Source: Acidimicrobiia bacterium (GTDB lineage: Bacteria; Actinomycetota; Acidimicrobiia; Acidimicrobiales; JAHEJN01). Taken from it: 48,086 nucleotides of DNA. This document shows positions 1 to 9,020 of the stretch, piece by piece (within the stretch, counting starts at the first letter, position 1; every line of letters starts with the position of its first letter). The notes beneath the pieces are model-generated. The model ran no database searches and was not told where the DNA came from. It saw nothing but the letters and a program-made list of their open reading frames with translations. Where the stretch lies: NCBI GenBank assembly GCA_029861625.1, contig JAOTZB010000001.1, forward strand, positions 1 through 48,086, in the 5' to 3' direction. The position numbers and the translations under genes are program-made.

Positions 1-718
1 TCGCCAGCAGGGCCACGCCGAAACCCGCGGCCTCGACCTCGTCACGTTGGCTCCAGATCAGGCCGGCGACCAGGACGACCACAAGGGCGAGGTACGCGGC
101 GAGCCGGATGCCGGGGTGTCGAATCGGGGTCGTGCCGCGGGCGCGAAGGATCTCGTTGCCGCCGATCACCCGCGCCGCCAAGAGCGCGATCATGGCAGCG
201 CCGGCCAACACGAGCCCGCAGAGCTCGGTATCGGGGCACAACACGTCGCTCGCCAGCAAGAGCCCGCCCGAGAGCAGGAACAGGTGGTAACCGACCGTTC
301 GTGCGCCCCCGCCGACCAACAGCATCAAGAGCCCGAGGAACAGGGTCGCGGTCCCGGCGGCGAGGGCACCGGACCGGGCCTGCTCGGGTATCTGCCACGC
401 ATCGACCTGGTCGGTGAGGGTCGGGTACAACCAGGCGAATCCGAATGACGCGGTGACGAGCGGCAGCAGCCCCAGCCACTCGACGGGCGGCCACCAGTGG
501 CGACGGTGGGCGACCAGCAGCGCACTGAGCCCGGTGACCATCATCGCGATGACGCGCAGGATCGTGTTCGAATTCGCCCCGAACAGGGATTCGTCGACGT
601 TGCCGACCACCTGCCGGGCGAGCGCCATCGACGCCCCGAGCGCGGCCAGGATGAACCAACCCGCGCTGTCTGCTGCGGGCGTCTCGACCGGGGCGGTGGC
701 GGTGTCGGCGGATGTCAC
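1..718 (-). CDS. multi-pass integral membrane protein, family not recognised (3' end runs off the left edge of the window)
   Basis: Hand translation of the minus frame that is open at the window edge and so absent from the ORF track. GTG at 718, then VTSADTATAPVETPAADSAGWFILAALGASMALARQVVGN...LLVAHRRHWWPPVEWLGLLPLVTASFGFAWLYP... Several hydrophobic helices and strong third-position GC. The tracked 42..824(-) ORF is an Arg-rich shadow frame. Confidence 0.55.
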   Translation of the reverse strand, partial: MTSADTATAPVETPAADSAGWFILAALGASMALARQVVGNVDESLFGANSNTILRVIAMMVTGLSALLVAHRRHWWPPVEWLGLLPLVTASFGFAWLYPTLTDQVDAWQIPEQARSGALAAGTATLFLGLLMLLVGGGARTVGYHLFLLSGGLLLASDVLCPDTELCGLVLAGAAMIALLAARVIGGNEILRARGTTPIRHPGIRLAAYLALVVVLVAGLIWSQRDEVEAAGFGVALLA

Positions 719-853
719 GATGGAGTGTGCCGGCTCGAAGGTGGCGGCGCTGGGGACAATTCGAGCCTAGTTCGGGCCTCGATCGGGCGAGCGCGAACCC
801 GGTCTTACGCCCGGCCGCTCGCAACCGGCGATGCGATACGATGCTCGTTCCCC

Positions 854-927
854 GGACCGTTAGCTCAGTTGGCTAGAGCGCTCGCCTCACACGCGAGAGG
901 TCACTGGTTCAAGTCCAGTACGGTCCA
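854..927 (+). tRNA. tRNA-Val (anticodon CAC)
   Basis: The 74-nt cloverleaf folds by hand. Acceptor GGACCGT/ACGGTCC, D-arm GCTC/GAGC, anticodon stem CTCGC/GCGAG with loop CTCACAC (anticodon CAC), T-arm ACTGG-TTCAAGT-CCAGT, discriminator A. CCA is not encoded. Confidence 0.93.
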
Positions 928-930
928 CTC

Positions 931-953
931 GTCGTTGTCGGATCGACAACGAC
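931..953 (+). terminator. perfect 10-bp stem / 3-nt loop hairpin immediately after tRNA-Val
   Basis: GTCGTTGTCG-gat-CGACAACGAC begins 4 nt after the tRNA 3' end. No U-tract follows, so it could be a terminator or a processing signal. Confidence 0.4.
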
Positions 954-995
954 TGCGCTGGTCAGCGACGGCTCCGATTTGGCTGTGGAGGCGGG

Positions 996-1862
996 TTACC
1001 TGTCCGATTGGAGGAGCTTGCGATCGATCTTCCGAGCGATCGATCGGGTGACTCTGTCGGTCAGGCGCGGCGACAGCCGACAGAGGTACCACAGGGGCCT
1101 GGCGTTCGGTGGCTCCACGATGATCGGCCGCTTGCGCTCGACGCCGTTGAGCGCCCGCCGCGCGAACCTGTCTGCGTCGCTCGGGCGCATGCCGAGCACC
1201 GCGACGTACTCACGGGCGGTCACGGCCCGAGTCGACGTCTCGGGAAGGTCGGCGTCGGGCGGTCGGTCCAGTATCGGCGTCTCGACCGAGCCAGGACACA
1301 GGACGCTCACATCTACGCCCCGCAAGGAGGCCTCGGCTCGCAGTGACGTCGACAGCCCGACGACCGCGTGCTTGCTCGCGGCGTAGGCCGCGACGAACGG
1401 CGCGCCCACCAGGCCGACACCGCTCGCCGTGTTGACGATGTGACCGTGACCTTGGTCGACCATCTGGGGATAGACAGCCAACAACCCGTTGACGACCCCC
1501 TTGATGTTCACGTCGATGATTCGATCCCAGTGGGCGGCGGTGAGCTCGACTGACGGACCGCCCATCGAGATCCCGGCGTTGTTGAACAACAGGTCGATCC
1601 GGCCATCGCGGGCGACGACTTCGTCGACGACGGCACGGAAGGCACTCTCGTCGCGGACGTCGAGGCGGCATCCGAAGACCGACCCAGCGCGTCCATCCCG
1701 GGTCAACCTCTCGGCTTGCTCGTGGGCCGCGTCACCATCGATGTCAGCCAGAGTCACATGCGCACCGCGCTCCACAAGCCCCCGGCCCAGCGCCAACCCG
1801 ATCCCCGAAGCTCCACCGGTAACCACCGCAGATCTTCCGGAAAACGAGCTCGAACGACCCAC
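996..1862 (-). CDS. short-chain dehydrogenase/reductase (SDR family oxidoreductase)
   Basis: TGGASGIG Rossmann motif, NNAG, and the YAASK catalytic Tyr-x3-Lys in the tracked ORF 996..1931. The start is uncertain. GTG at 1862 leaves 13 aa before VVTGG. The TTG at 1931 adds an Arg-rich extension. Confidence 0.85.
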   Translation of the reverse strand: MGRSSSFSGRSAVVTGGASGIGLALGRGLVERGAHVTLADIDGDAAHEQAERLTRDGRAGSVFGCRLDVRDESAFRAVVDEVVARDGRIDLLFNNAGISMGGPSVELTAAHWDRIIDVNIKGVVNGLLAVYPQMVDQGHGHIVNTASGVGLVGAPFVAAYAASKHAVVGLSTSLRAEASLRGVDVSVLCPGSVETPILDRPPDADLPETSTRAVTAREYVAVLGMRPSDADRFARRALNGVERKRPIIVEPPNARPLWYLCRLSPRLTDRVTRSIARKIDRKLLQSDR

Positions 1863-2084
1863 CTCGGCAGAGTAGCGGTGCCGCTTCGGGGGCGCTGCCC
1901 GAACGTCCGAGTGGCCGCTCACAACCGGCAATCTGCGCTATCGGTCGGGCGGCCTGTAGTGGCGGTTGTCCATGAGCGCGGCCGCGGGCCTCCTTGGCAG
2001 GGTCGCATCTGCACGCCGGCTCGGCGTAGCCAGCGCATGAGATCGGCAGGAGAGGACCACCCGTGTCGGGCTCCAGCCGGTCGG

Positions 2085-3539
2085 TCATTCGTAACCGGGT
2101 GGTGTGATGAATCCCCCGAGCTCGCCCTCGATCAGGCGGGCAAAGGCCAGGCTGTCCCGATCACGGAGATAGGGGGCGATGATCTGCACCCCACACGGCA
2201 TTCCGCTCCTGGTCAGTCCCACCGGAGCGACCGTGCTCGGCAGATAGACCGTGCTGGAGATACCGGCCCAGAACAACTGATCCGGCGCCGGCTCGGAGCG
2301 ACCGCTCACGATGATGGTCCGCTCGGGTCGCTCTCCTTCGTGGTCGTGGGGAAAGGCCGTCGAAGCAGCAGCGGGGCACAGCAACAGATCGAAGCCCTCG
2401 AAGAAGTCGGCCCACGCAAGGCGCATGCGCTCACGCTCGTCATGGAGCTGGAACCACTCCCGGTGCGTCAGAGTCGTCCCCCGATCCGCGTATGCCCGGT
2501 AGCTCCGATCACCCTGCTCCCACGCCGCGACGCCGAGCTCGTGGCTGTCGTACTCCTCATCACTGGTGTGGACACCGGTCGCAGCCCGAAGCAGCAGCCA
2601 GAACACGTGGTGGGCACGCTCCATGTCCACCGACGGTCGTGCCGCCTCGTCGACGTGCATGCCGAGGTCTCGCAGCGAGTCGACAACCCCGAGGAGGTGC
2701 TCGGTCAGCTCGTCGTCTTGGGCGCAGCAGGGGCTGTCGAGCATGACGGCGACTCGCCAGTCCGACGGCGCGCGCCGCGGCGGTGTGGGAAGATCCAGAT
2801 GCCAGCCGCGGCGGTCGAGCTTCGACGGTCCGGCGATGACGTCGAGCGTCACCTCCAGATCTGTTGTGCTCCGCGCCATGGGACCGATGACGCTCATGTC
2901 GCTCGACGCGTGCTGGCCGGGGCGGTCGGGGCCACGATTCGAGACCAGGCCCATGGTCGGCTTGTGGCCGAAGACCCCGCAGTAGTGCGCGGGGTTGCGG
3001 ATGGACCCGCCGATATCGCTTCCCAGTTCCAGACCCGTCAGTCCTGCCGCCAGGGCTGCGGCCGAGCCTCCCGACGAACCGCCCGGCACGAGGTTCGGGT
3101 CCCACGGGTTGGATGTGGTCCCGGAGACGTCGTTGAACGATTGCCAGTCAGCGAGCAGCGCGGGAACGTTGGTCTTGCCGAAGATGACCGCACCCGCGCC
3201 GAGGAGGCTGTCGACGACCTCTGCGTTGGTCTCGGGGTAGTTGTCGGCCAGGCGGACGAGCCCTCTCGTCGTCGGCGTACCGACCCAGTCGAAGGCCTCC
3301 TTGATCGTCATCGGGACGCCATGGAGCGGACCCCACTCCTCTCCGGCAGCGGTCGCGGCGTCGGCCGCCTCGGCTCGCTGACGAGCCTCCTCGTATCGGC
3401 GGACGACGACCGCGTTGAGGACCGGGTCGTAGCGTTCTATTCGTTCGACATACAGATCCAGGAGCTCCCTCGACGAGATCTCCCGCTGTCGCACCGTCGC
3501 GGCCAGCTCGGTCGCCGATCGGAAGGCGATCTCGGTCAC
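2085..3539 (-). CDS. amidase (amidase-signature family)
   Basis: GGSSGGSAAALAAG amidase-signature block with conserved flanks (KEAFDWVG, GSDIGGSIRNPA). Start re-set to GTG at 3539 (VTEIAFRSATELA...). The upstream 54 codons of the tracked ORF are Arg-rich junk. Confidence 0.9.
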   Translation of the reverse strand: MTEIAFRSATELAATVRQREISSRELLDLYVERIERYDPVLNAVVVRRYEEARQRAEAADAATAAGEEWGPLHGVPMTIKEAFDWVGTPTTRGLVRLADNYPETNAEVVDSLLGAGAVIFGKTNVPALLADWQSFNDVSGTTSNPWDPNLVPGGSSGGSAAALAAGLTGLELGSDIGGSIRNPAHYCGVFGHKPTMGLVSNRGPDRPGQHASSDMSVIGPMARSTTDLEVTLDVIAGPSKLDRRGWHLDLPTPPRRAPSDWRVAVMLDSPCCAQDDELTEHLLGVVDSLRDLGMHVDEAARPSVDMERAHHVFWLLLRAATGVHTSDEEYDSHELGVAAWEQGDRSYRAYADRGTTLTHREWFQLHDERERMRLAWADFFEGFDLLLCPAAASTAFPHDHEGERPERTIIVSGRSEPAPDQLFWAGISSTVYLPSTVAPVGLTRSGMPCGVQIIAPYLRDRDSLAFARLIEGELGGFITPPGYE

Positions 3540-3553
3540 GTCGAGGCTCCGTT

Positions 3554-3826
3554 TCAGCCTGAACGCGGGTCCGGCGGGTCCGACACCGCGGTGTCGATCA
3601 ACTCGTCGTAGCCGACAGCTCCCAACCAGTTTTCTGGATCCTGGACGTATGTGGCGACTCGCCCGCAGCCGCCGCAGATGTCGAGCGTGCACCTCAGCCA
3701 CCGCTCTTTGTTCGATCCTGACTTGAGCAACCGTCCGCTTCCGAACTTGACGTCGAACACGACGTTGCGCTTGCGGAACACCTGAGTGCCCCCGCAGTTC
3801 TCACATGCTGCCATGACCTCTCCCAT
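3554..3826 (-). CDS. small zinc-ribbon-like protein (CxxC...CxxC), unknown function
   Basis: MGEVMAACENCGGTQVF...LDICGGCGRVATYV carries two CxxC pairs. It ends 15 nt upstream of the amidase start, so it is probably co-transcribed. Start is ATG 3826 or ATG 3814. Confidence 0.5.
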   Translation of the reverse strand: MGEVMAACENCGGTQVFRKRNVVFDVKFGSGRLLKSGSNKERWLRCTLDICGGCGRVATYVQDPENWLGAVGYDELIDTAVSDPPDPRSG

Positions 3827-3882
3827 CGCGGCCCCATCGAGGCGCCGGTTCCGACCCAGCCTTCCGCCGGGCCCGGCAAGGG

Positions 3883-4211
3883 TCAACTCGACGCACCAGC
3901 CGGGACTCGGGCGGTCATGCTTGGATCAGCCACTCGACTCGAGTCCATGACGTGGCGTAAGTGGAACGCGATCAGGACGGCGAAGGCGATGGCGATGTTG
4001 CGTTGTCCCGCGACGCCGATCGCGATCGCGCCACCGCCGAGAATCAGGAGCTCGATTGCCAGGCGGGTCCAGCCCGGACTTCGATGGGGGGTGCGCCGGA
4101 GCGGCTGGGGTCGTCGAGGACGTTGAAGACGCCCCACACGATCGCGGCGGCGAACCAATCCCTGGAATGTCTGCTTGCCGAGCGAATCGTTCTGTCCTCC
4201 GGGCGCTGCAA
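3883..4211 (-). pseudogene. small 2-3 TM membrane ORF split across two frames (possible frameshift at a G6/C6 homopolymer)
   Basis: Third-position GC is high in one minus frame for about 4070-4140 (DWFAAAIVWGVFNVLDDPSRSGAPP). It is high in a different minus frame for about 3900-4060 (WTRLAIELLILGGGAIAIGVAGQRNIAIAFAVLIAF). Adding one C to the C6 run (plus-strand G6 at 4086-4091) joins the two frames. Confidence 0.3.
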
Positions 4212-4450
4212 CCCCGGGGAACGGCGATTGGTCCCCGCGAGGAGGGTTGACCCTGGCGGCTGGTCAGCGATCGGGCCGAGGCGACCGGGTGGTTCTCGCC
4301 GTCGCCGTTCGGGCCACGGGCGACTGCCGGTCCGGCGATGGGTCGTCCGGCCCAATCGATCGCGCCGACCAAACGAAACGGGCTGCTCGTTCGTGGGTGT
4401 GGTCAAGCGAGACACGTAGCAGGTCGATCAGCCAGCGAGAGGAGGCCCCT

Positions 4451-4954
4451 GTGCAGCAGACATTCGACGACTTCTTCCGTCAGAACTACGACGACGTGGT
4501 CCACAACCTGGCCCGAGCCGGTTGTTCGGTCGATGTCGCAGGCGACTGCAGCCAGGAGGCCTTCATCCGGGCATATGCGCGGTGGTGGCGAGTCGGGCGG
4601 ATGCAGAATCCCGCTGCATGGGTGCAACGTGTCGCGAACAACATTCGCATCGATCTGGAACGGGGCCGTCGTCGCCATCAAGGAGCGCTCGCGGCCATCA
4701 CGTTCGAGTCGGTGGATGAACAGCCGCAACCGGATCCTGACATGGAACACGCGCTGGGCGCCCTTCCCGGCCAGCAGCGTGAGGCCGTCGACTTCTACTA
4801 CGGCCACGGCTACTCCACCGACGAAGGCGCCGCGGCGATGGGTATCTCGCCCGGCGCGTTTCGCTACCACCTGCATCGAGCACGGCGAAGCCTGCGCTCG
4901 ATGCTCGGCGGCCGCTCGAAGACGGGCGCCGCGAGATCGGAGGCACGAGGATGA
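4451..4954 (+). CDS. ECF-type RNA polymerase sigma-70 family factor
   Basis: Region 2 ([13 protein letters not shown]...[16 protein letters not shown]) and region 4 ([41 protein letters not shown]). GTG at 4451 is preceded by GAGAGGAGG. Confidence 0.9.
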   Translation: MQQTFDDFFRQNYDDVVHNLARAGCSVDVAGDCSQEAFIRAYARWWRVGRMQNPAAWVQRVANNIRIDLERGRRRHQGALAAITFESVDEQPQPDPDMEHALGALPGQQREAVDFYYGHGYSTDEGAAAMGISPGAFRYHLHRARRSLRSMLGGRSKTGAARSEARG

Positions 4955-6150
4955 CGAACGAACACCAACCCCGGACACCAGAACACGTCGAGGAGATGCT
5001 CGACTCGCTGCGGCCCCGCATGGTCTCGGCCCGCAAGCGGCACATACAACGCCTGGCCGGTATGGCCGTGCTCGTCCCCGCTCTCGTGCTCGGGGGCGGC
5101 GCCGCGTGGGCGGCAACCCAGTCGAGCCCAGGGGGTATCTCCATCGACGTCGCCGGACCGGCGAACGACGATGCGACGACCGATCACGACACCGAGCCGA
5201 CCGAATCGGCCGACAGTGCCGTCGAGGTTGACTCCGACTCCGATGAGCCTGTCGAGGACGCAGTCCCCGAGGTTCACGAGGTTGCCCTGGGGCTGGCCGG
5301 TACCGCATCGGTCAGTGAGCTCGACGGTGTGTTCGTGCTCGGTGAGGTCATCACGCAGCCGGGCTGGACCGACACGGTGATCGACGCCGAGGGCACCGAG
5401 CTCGCGGTGTTCCTCGAGCACGAGACGGGAGCGGCGTTCGCGGCTGTGATCGGTCTCGACGGCTCCGACGAGGTCGCCGTCGACATCCGGTTCCTCGAGG
5501 AGAACCCACCGAAGCCGGAACCCGAGCCGACGCCCGAGCCCGCCCCGGAGCCGAAACCCGAAGTCGTGGAGCCGGCGCCGGAGCCGAAGCCCGAACCGGA
5601 GCCGGCCCCGGAGCCGAAGCCCGAGATCGTCGAGCCGGCCCCGGAGCCGAAGCCCGAGCCGGAGCCGGTGATCGAGACCCGCAAGGAGATCGACATCAAC
5701 GGCATCGCCACGGTGGTCGTGGAACGAGGCGAGGGCTCAACGCTGGCCATGGCAGTGCTGTGGACCGATGTGGCATGGACCGCCGAGGTCGTCACACCGA
5801 ACGGTGACCAGGTCGTCGCCAACTTCTACGGCGACGGGATCATCAAACATTTCAAGGCGTGGATCGGCGAGGACGGCACGATCAAGTGGGAGATCCAGGT
5901 CGACGAAGCTCCGCAGACGGGGACGTTCGACGGTGTCGTGACGACAGACGTCGGCTCCTACGGCGTGGTGGTCGAGAACGGTGTCGCCACGATTGTCTGG
6001 GTCGAGCCGGCCGAGGGCTTCGAGTACTCGATCTACCAGGAGACCGGCGACTGGGTGAAGGTGAACTTCACCAACGGCACCGACGCCTGGTGGGTGAAGG
6101 CATGGCCCAAGAACGGCGAAGTGGTCTGGGAGATCTACGCCGCTGAATGA
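4951..6150 (+). CDS. single-pass membrane protein coupled to the ECF sigma (candidate non-canonical anti-sigma); PEPK-rich linker plus repeated beta-rich modules
   Basis: ATGA overlap with the sigma gene stop. A short cytoplasmic tail of about 35 aa is followed by the TM segment [20 protein letters not shown], then an extracytoplasmic region. No zf-HC2 motif. Confidence 0.75.
   Translation: MTNEHQPRTPEHVEEMLDSLRPRMVSARKRHIQRLAGMAVLVPALVLGGGAAWAATQSSPGGISIDVAGPANDDATTDHDTEPTESADSAVEVDSDSDEPVEDAVPEVHEVALGLAGTASVSELDGVFVLGEVITQPGWTDTVIDAEGTELAVFLEHETGAAFAAVIGLDGSDEVAVDIRFLEENPPKPEPEPTPEPAPEPKPEVVEPAPEPKPEPEPAPEPKPEIVEPAPEPKPEPEPVIETRKEIDINGIATVVVERGEGSTLAMAVLWTDVAWTAEVVTPNGDQVVANFYGDGIIKHFKAWIGEDGTIKWEIQVDEAPQTGTFDGVVTTDVGSYGVVVENGVATIVWVEPAEGFEYSIYQETGDWVKVNFTNGTDAWWVKAWPKNGEVVWEIYAAE
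5505..5672 (+). repeat. in-frame tandem Pro/Glu/Lys repeat (EPAPEPKPE units, about 30-33 nt period)
   Basis: gagccggc(g/c)ccggagccgaagcccga... recurs at least three times. It encodes [50 protein letters not shown]. Confidence 0.85.
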
Positions 6151-6177
6151 CCGGCGCCGAGCAGTAGCCTCGCGAGC

Positions 6178-7311
6178 ATGGCTCGCCCCACGGTCTTGAT
6201 GGTGCTCGTCCTCCTCGCCGGTGCCTGCTCGAGCAGCACGAGCGACTCGCCGTCGCTCGCGACCGAGCCCACCGCCCAGGCCGAGGAGCCGGCGGTGGCG
6301 GAGCCCACACCGGCCGCCGAGCCCAGCGCCACCCCCGAGCCCACTGCGGTGCCCGAGCCCAGCGCCACGCCCGAGTCGACGGCGCTGCCCGAGCCCAGCG
6401 CCACGCCCGAGTCGACGGCGACTTCGGAGCCGGCAGCCGTCGCGCCGACGATCGACGAGCTGCTCGCCGAAGACTCGGTCGTCAACCTCGCCCATGCCGG
6501 CGGCGACCAGTCGTGGCCGCACTCCACGCCGTATGCGTTCGCGGAGGCGGTGAAGGCGGGCGCCGGTGTCCTCGAGCTCGATGTGCAGCTCACCGGCGAC
6601 GGGGTGCTCGTCGTGCAGCACGACGACACCGTCGACAAGACGACCGAAGCCACCGGACCGGTCATCGATCTCACGCTCGCCGAGCTCCAGGCCCTCGACA
6701 ACGCGTACTGGTTCTCGCCCGAGTGCTGGCCCTGCCAGGATCGGCCGCTCGACGAGTACATCTACCGAGGCGTGCGCACGGGCGACACGGAACCGCCCGC
6801 GGGCTACACCGCCGACGACTTCCGCGTCGCGACGTTCCGCGAGATCGCCGAGCGATTTCCGACGCTGCCGCTCGACATCGAGATCAAGGGGGAGCTGCCT
6901 CAGGCCGGCATCGTCGCCGAGGTCCTCGCGGCCGAGCTCGATGAGCTCGGCCGGACCGACTCCGTCGTCGTCGTCTCCTTCGACGACGAGGTCATCGACG
7001 CCTTCCGTGCCCTGGCTCCCGATGTGGCCGTCAGCCCGGGCACCACACGACTCACGACCTGGGTGCTCGCGGGGACGCCGCTCGAGGACGGATTCGAGAT
7101 CATCCAGGTCCCGCCCGAGTCATCGGGTGTCGACGTCGTCACGCCCGAGTCCGTCGCCAGGGCCCACGACGAGGGCCTCACGATCTGGGTCTGGCCGAAC
7201 GACGCCGAAACGCAGGAGAACGAGGCCTTCTACCGGCAACTGGTCGAGCTCGGCGTCGACGGCGTGATCGCCGGACGACCCGAGGAGATGGCCGCCGCCA
7301 CCGCGGGCTAG
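6178..7311 (+). CDS. glycerophosphodiester phosphodiesterase (GDPD family) lipoprotein
   Basis: Lipobox LLAGAC in MARPTVLMVLVLLAGACSSS. GDPD core NLAHAGGDQSWPHSTPYAFAEAVKAGAGVLELDVQLTGDGVLVVQHDDTVDKTT. Confidence 0.9.
   Translation: MARPTVLMVLVLLAGACSSSTSDSPSLATEPTAQAEEPAVAEPTPAAEPSATPEPTAVPEPSATPESTALPEPSATPESTATSEPAAVAPTIDELLAEDSVVNLAHAGGDQSWPHSTPYAFAEAVKAGAGVLELDVQLTGDGVLVVQHDDTVDKTTEATGPVIDLTLAELQALDNAYWFSPECWPCQDRPLDEYIYRGVRTGDTEPPAGYTADDFRVATFREIAERFPTLPLDIEIKGELPQAGIVAEVLAAELDELGRTDSVVVVSFDDEVIDAFRALAPDVAVSPGTTRLTTWVLAGTPLEDGFEIIQVPPESSGVDVVTPESVARAHDEGLTIWVWPNDAETQENEAFYRQLVELGVDGVIAGRPEEMAAATAG
6319..6426 (+). repeat. 3 x 36-nt in-frame tandem repeat (EPSATPE(P/S)TA(V/L)P) in the GDPD linker
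   Basis: Units occupy 6319-6354, 6355-6390 and 6391-6426. Units 2 and 3 are identical over their first 30 nt. Confidence 0.9.
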
Positions 7312-7321
7312 GTCCTAGCCC
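7305..7321. terminator. 17-nt palindrome containing the stop codons of both convergent genes
   Basis: GGGCTAGG-T-CCTAGCCC. The TAG of the GDPD gene and the TAG of the PPOX-like gene both lie inside the arms. Possible bidirectional terminator stem. Confidence 0.3.
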
Positions 7322-7764
7322 GACCCCACCTGCTCGCGCTCGGGCTCGTCGACCCAGGGGCCGACGCCGCTGATCCGGTCGATCTCCACCCGCACGACCA
7401 CGGCGGTCGCCGAGTCGCGGAGCGACAGTGGGTGGCGGCCGAGACCGACGTACTTGCGGGCGAGGCGATCCATCACGTCGGGCTGGGGTCCGTCCTCGAT
7501 CGTGGCTCGGCCACGGATCACCAGATGTCTCTGGAATCCCCGCTCATTGCGCTCGTCGTCCTCGATCGAGAGGATCACGCGCGGGTTCTGCCTGAGGTTC
7601 CTTGCCTTGTGGCTGGAGCCGTCGCAGCCGAACAGCACTTCGTCGTCCTGGACGATCACCCAGACGACCGACACCTGGGGGCTGCCGTCGGGATTCGATG
7701 TCCAGACGTGGGCGACGGCATCGGAGCCGAGCAACGCTTGAGCTGGAGCCGGAATCGAAACCAT
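7315..7764 (-). CDS. pyridoxamine 5'-phosphate oxidase-fold protein (PPOX-class, probably F420-dependent)
   Basis: AHVWTSNPDGSPQVSVVWV...LFGCDGSSHKARNLRQNPRVILSIED is typical of the actinobacterial PPOX-class split-barrel family. Confidence 0.8.
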   Translation of the reverse strand: MVSIPAPAQALLGSDAVAHVWTSNPDGSPQVSVVWVIVQDDEVLFGCDGSSHKARNLRQNPRVILSIEDDERNERGFQRHLVIRGRATIEDGPQPDVMDRLARKYVGLGRHPLSLRDSATAVVVRVEIDRISGVGPWVDEPEREQVGSG

Positions 7765-7832
7765 CGTCGACCTCCCAATGTCACGGTGGACCCGAAACTA
7801 GCCGACGGGGGGCGTCGGACACCGAAGAGGCG

Positions 7833-9020
7833 CTAGATCACCTCGATCTCGCGCAGCGCGGCGATGTCGTCCCAGCTGTACCCGTGCTCGAGGAGGACCT
7901 CCTCGGTGTGCTGGCCGAGCTCGGGTGTCCGCACGCCGGGCGACAGCGGCGTGGCGCTCATGCGAATCGGGTTGCCCACCACCTTGACCCGCCCGCGTTC
8001 GGCGTCGTCGACCTCGACGAGATACCCGTTCTCCCAGGCCCCGGGATCGGCGGCCACGCCTGCGTAGTCGCGAACGGGCGCGTAGCGGACTCCGGCGCCG
8101 TGCAACCGCTCGGCCCACTCGTCGGACGTCTTCGTGGGGAAGATCTCCTCGAGCAACGCGAGCTGCCCTGCGAGCTGCTGCGGTGTCGGGATGATGTCGC
8201 CGAACAGCGGGTCGTCGGCGAGCTCGGGCCGACCGAGGGCCTCGAGGAACGATGGCCGCGCCGCAGGCGGGATGCCGATGAGGCCGATCCATCCGTCGGC
8301 GGTGCGAAAGATCCGGTACGCGGCCGGGATCATCGGGTGCCCGTAGTTCGAGCGACCCGGAACCCGGTCGGTCATGAGGTAGTAGCTGAGCTCGGATGCC
8401 TGGGCCCAGATCTGGCCACCGAGCAGGGAGACCTCGACCTTCTGGCCGAGCCCGGTGTCGGCACGGGCGACGAGTGCGGCCAGTACCCCCGAGACGAGGT
8501 TGAGTGATCCGATGTGATCGGCGATGGTGACACCCACCGGCGTCGGCTCGGCGCCGTCACCGCCGGTCGTGCTGATGAGGCCGCCGGCCGCCTGGCCGGC
8601 GAGGTCGGCGCCTTCGCGTTCCCGGTCGGGGCCGACGGGCCCGAACGCGCTGCCGGCGGCCCAGATGATTCCGGGGTTGATCTCGCGGAGGGCCTCGTAT
8701 CCGAGGCCCCACTCGTCGAGTGTGCCGGTCTTGAAGTTCGAGATCACGATGTCGGCCGAAGCGGCAAGCCTGCGGAAGACATCGGCGCCCTCGGGCCGGC
8801 GGAGATCGATGGTCACGCTGCGCTTTCCCCGGTTGCAGCCCTCGAAGAAACCGCTCCGGGGGTCGCCGGGACCAAGCGGAATCCAGCGGGCCTGGTCGCC
8901 GACGCCGGGAAGCTCGACCTTCACGACGCTCGCGCCCATGTCGCGCAGGAGCGCCGCGGCCTGCGGCCCCTGCACCAACAGCCCGAGGTCGAGGACCGTC
9001 AGACCGTCGAGCGCACCCAT
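7833..9020 (-). CDS. family III CoA-transferase (CaiB/BaiF type)
   Basis: MGALDGLTVLDLGLLVQGPQAAALLRDMGASVVKVELPGVGDQARW. The ATG at 9020 overlaps the TGA of the upstream ABC ATPase gene (TGATG). Confidence 0.9.
   Translation of the reverse strand: MGALDGLTVLDLGLLVQGPQAAALLRDMGASVVKVELPGVGDQARWIPLGPGDPRSGFFEGCNRGKRSVTIDLRRPEGADVFRRLAASADIVISNFKTGTLDEWGLGYEALREINPGIIWAAGSAFGPVGPDREREGADLAGQAAGGLISTTGGDGAEPTPVGVTIADHIGSLNLVSGVLAALVARADTGLGQKVEVSLLGGQIWAQASELSYYLMTDRVPGRSNYGHPMIPAAYRIFRTADGWIGLIGIPPAARPSFLEALGRPELADDPLFGDIIPTPQQLAGQLALLEEIFPTKTSDEWAERLHGAGVRYAPVRDYAGVAADPGAWENGYLVEVDDAERGRVKVVGNPIRMSATPLSPGVRTPELGQHTEEVLLEHGYSWDDIAALREIEVI

Noticed and set aside
42-824. 260-aa ORF on the minus strand overlapping the first gene region
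   Set aside because: Extremely Arg/Pro/Gly-rich with no hydrophobic core. It is a shadow frame of the real membrane-protein frame, which shows strong GC3 bias and TM helices.
854-995. tRNA-Val as a possible integration hotspot for a mobile element
   Set aside because: No integrase, no direct repeat of the tRNA 3' end, and no compositional shift downstream. The flanking genes are ordinary metabolic genes.
1716-3611. 631-aa plus-strand ORF
   Set aside because: It is antisense to the SDR and amidase genes, both of which have unambiguous family motifs. The composition (R/G/D/H/P-rich, no motifs) is typical of high-GC antisense frames.
4300-4450. ECF-type promoter (GGAAC-N16/17-CGT) upstream of the sigma gene
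   Set aside because: Only a weak GAAAC (4375-4379) was found, with wrong spacing to the nearest CGT. I cannot support a promoter call from sequence alone.
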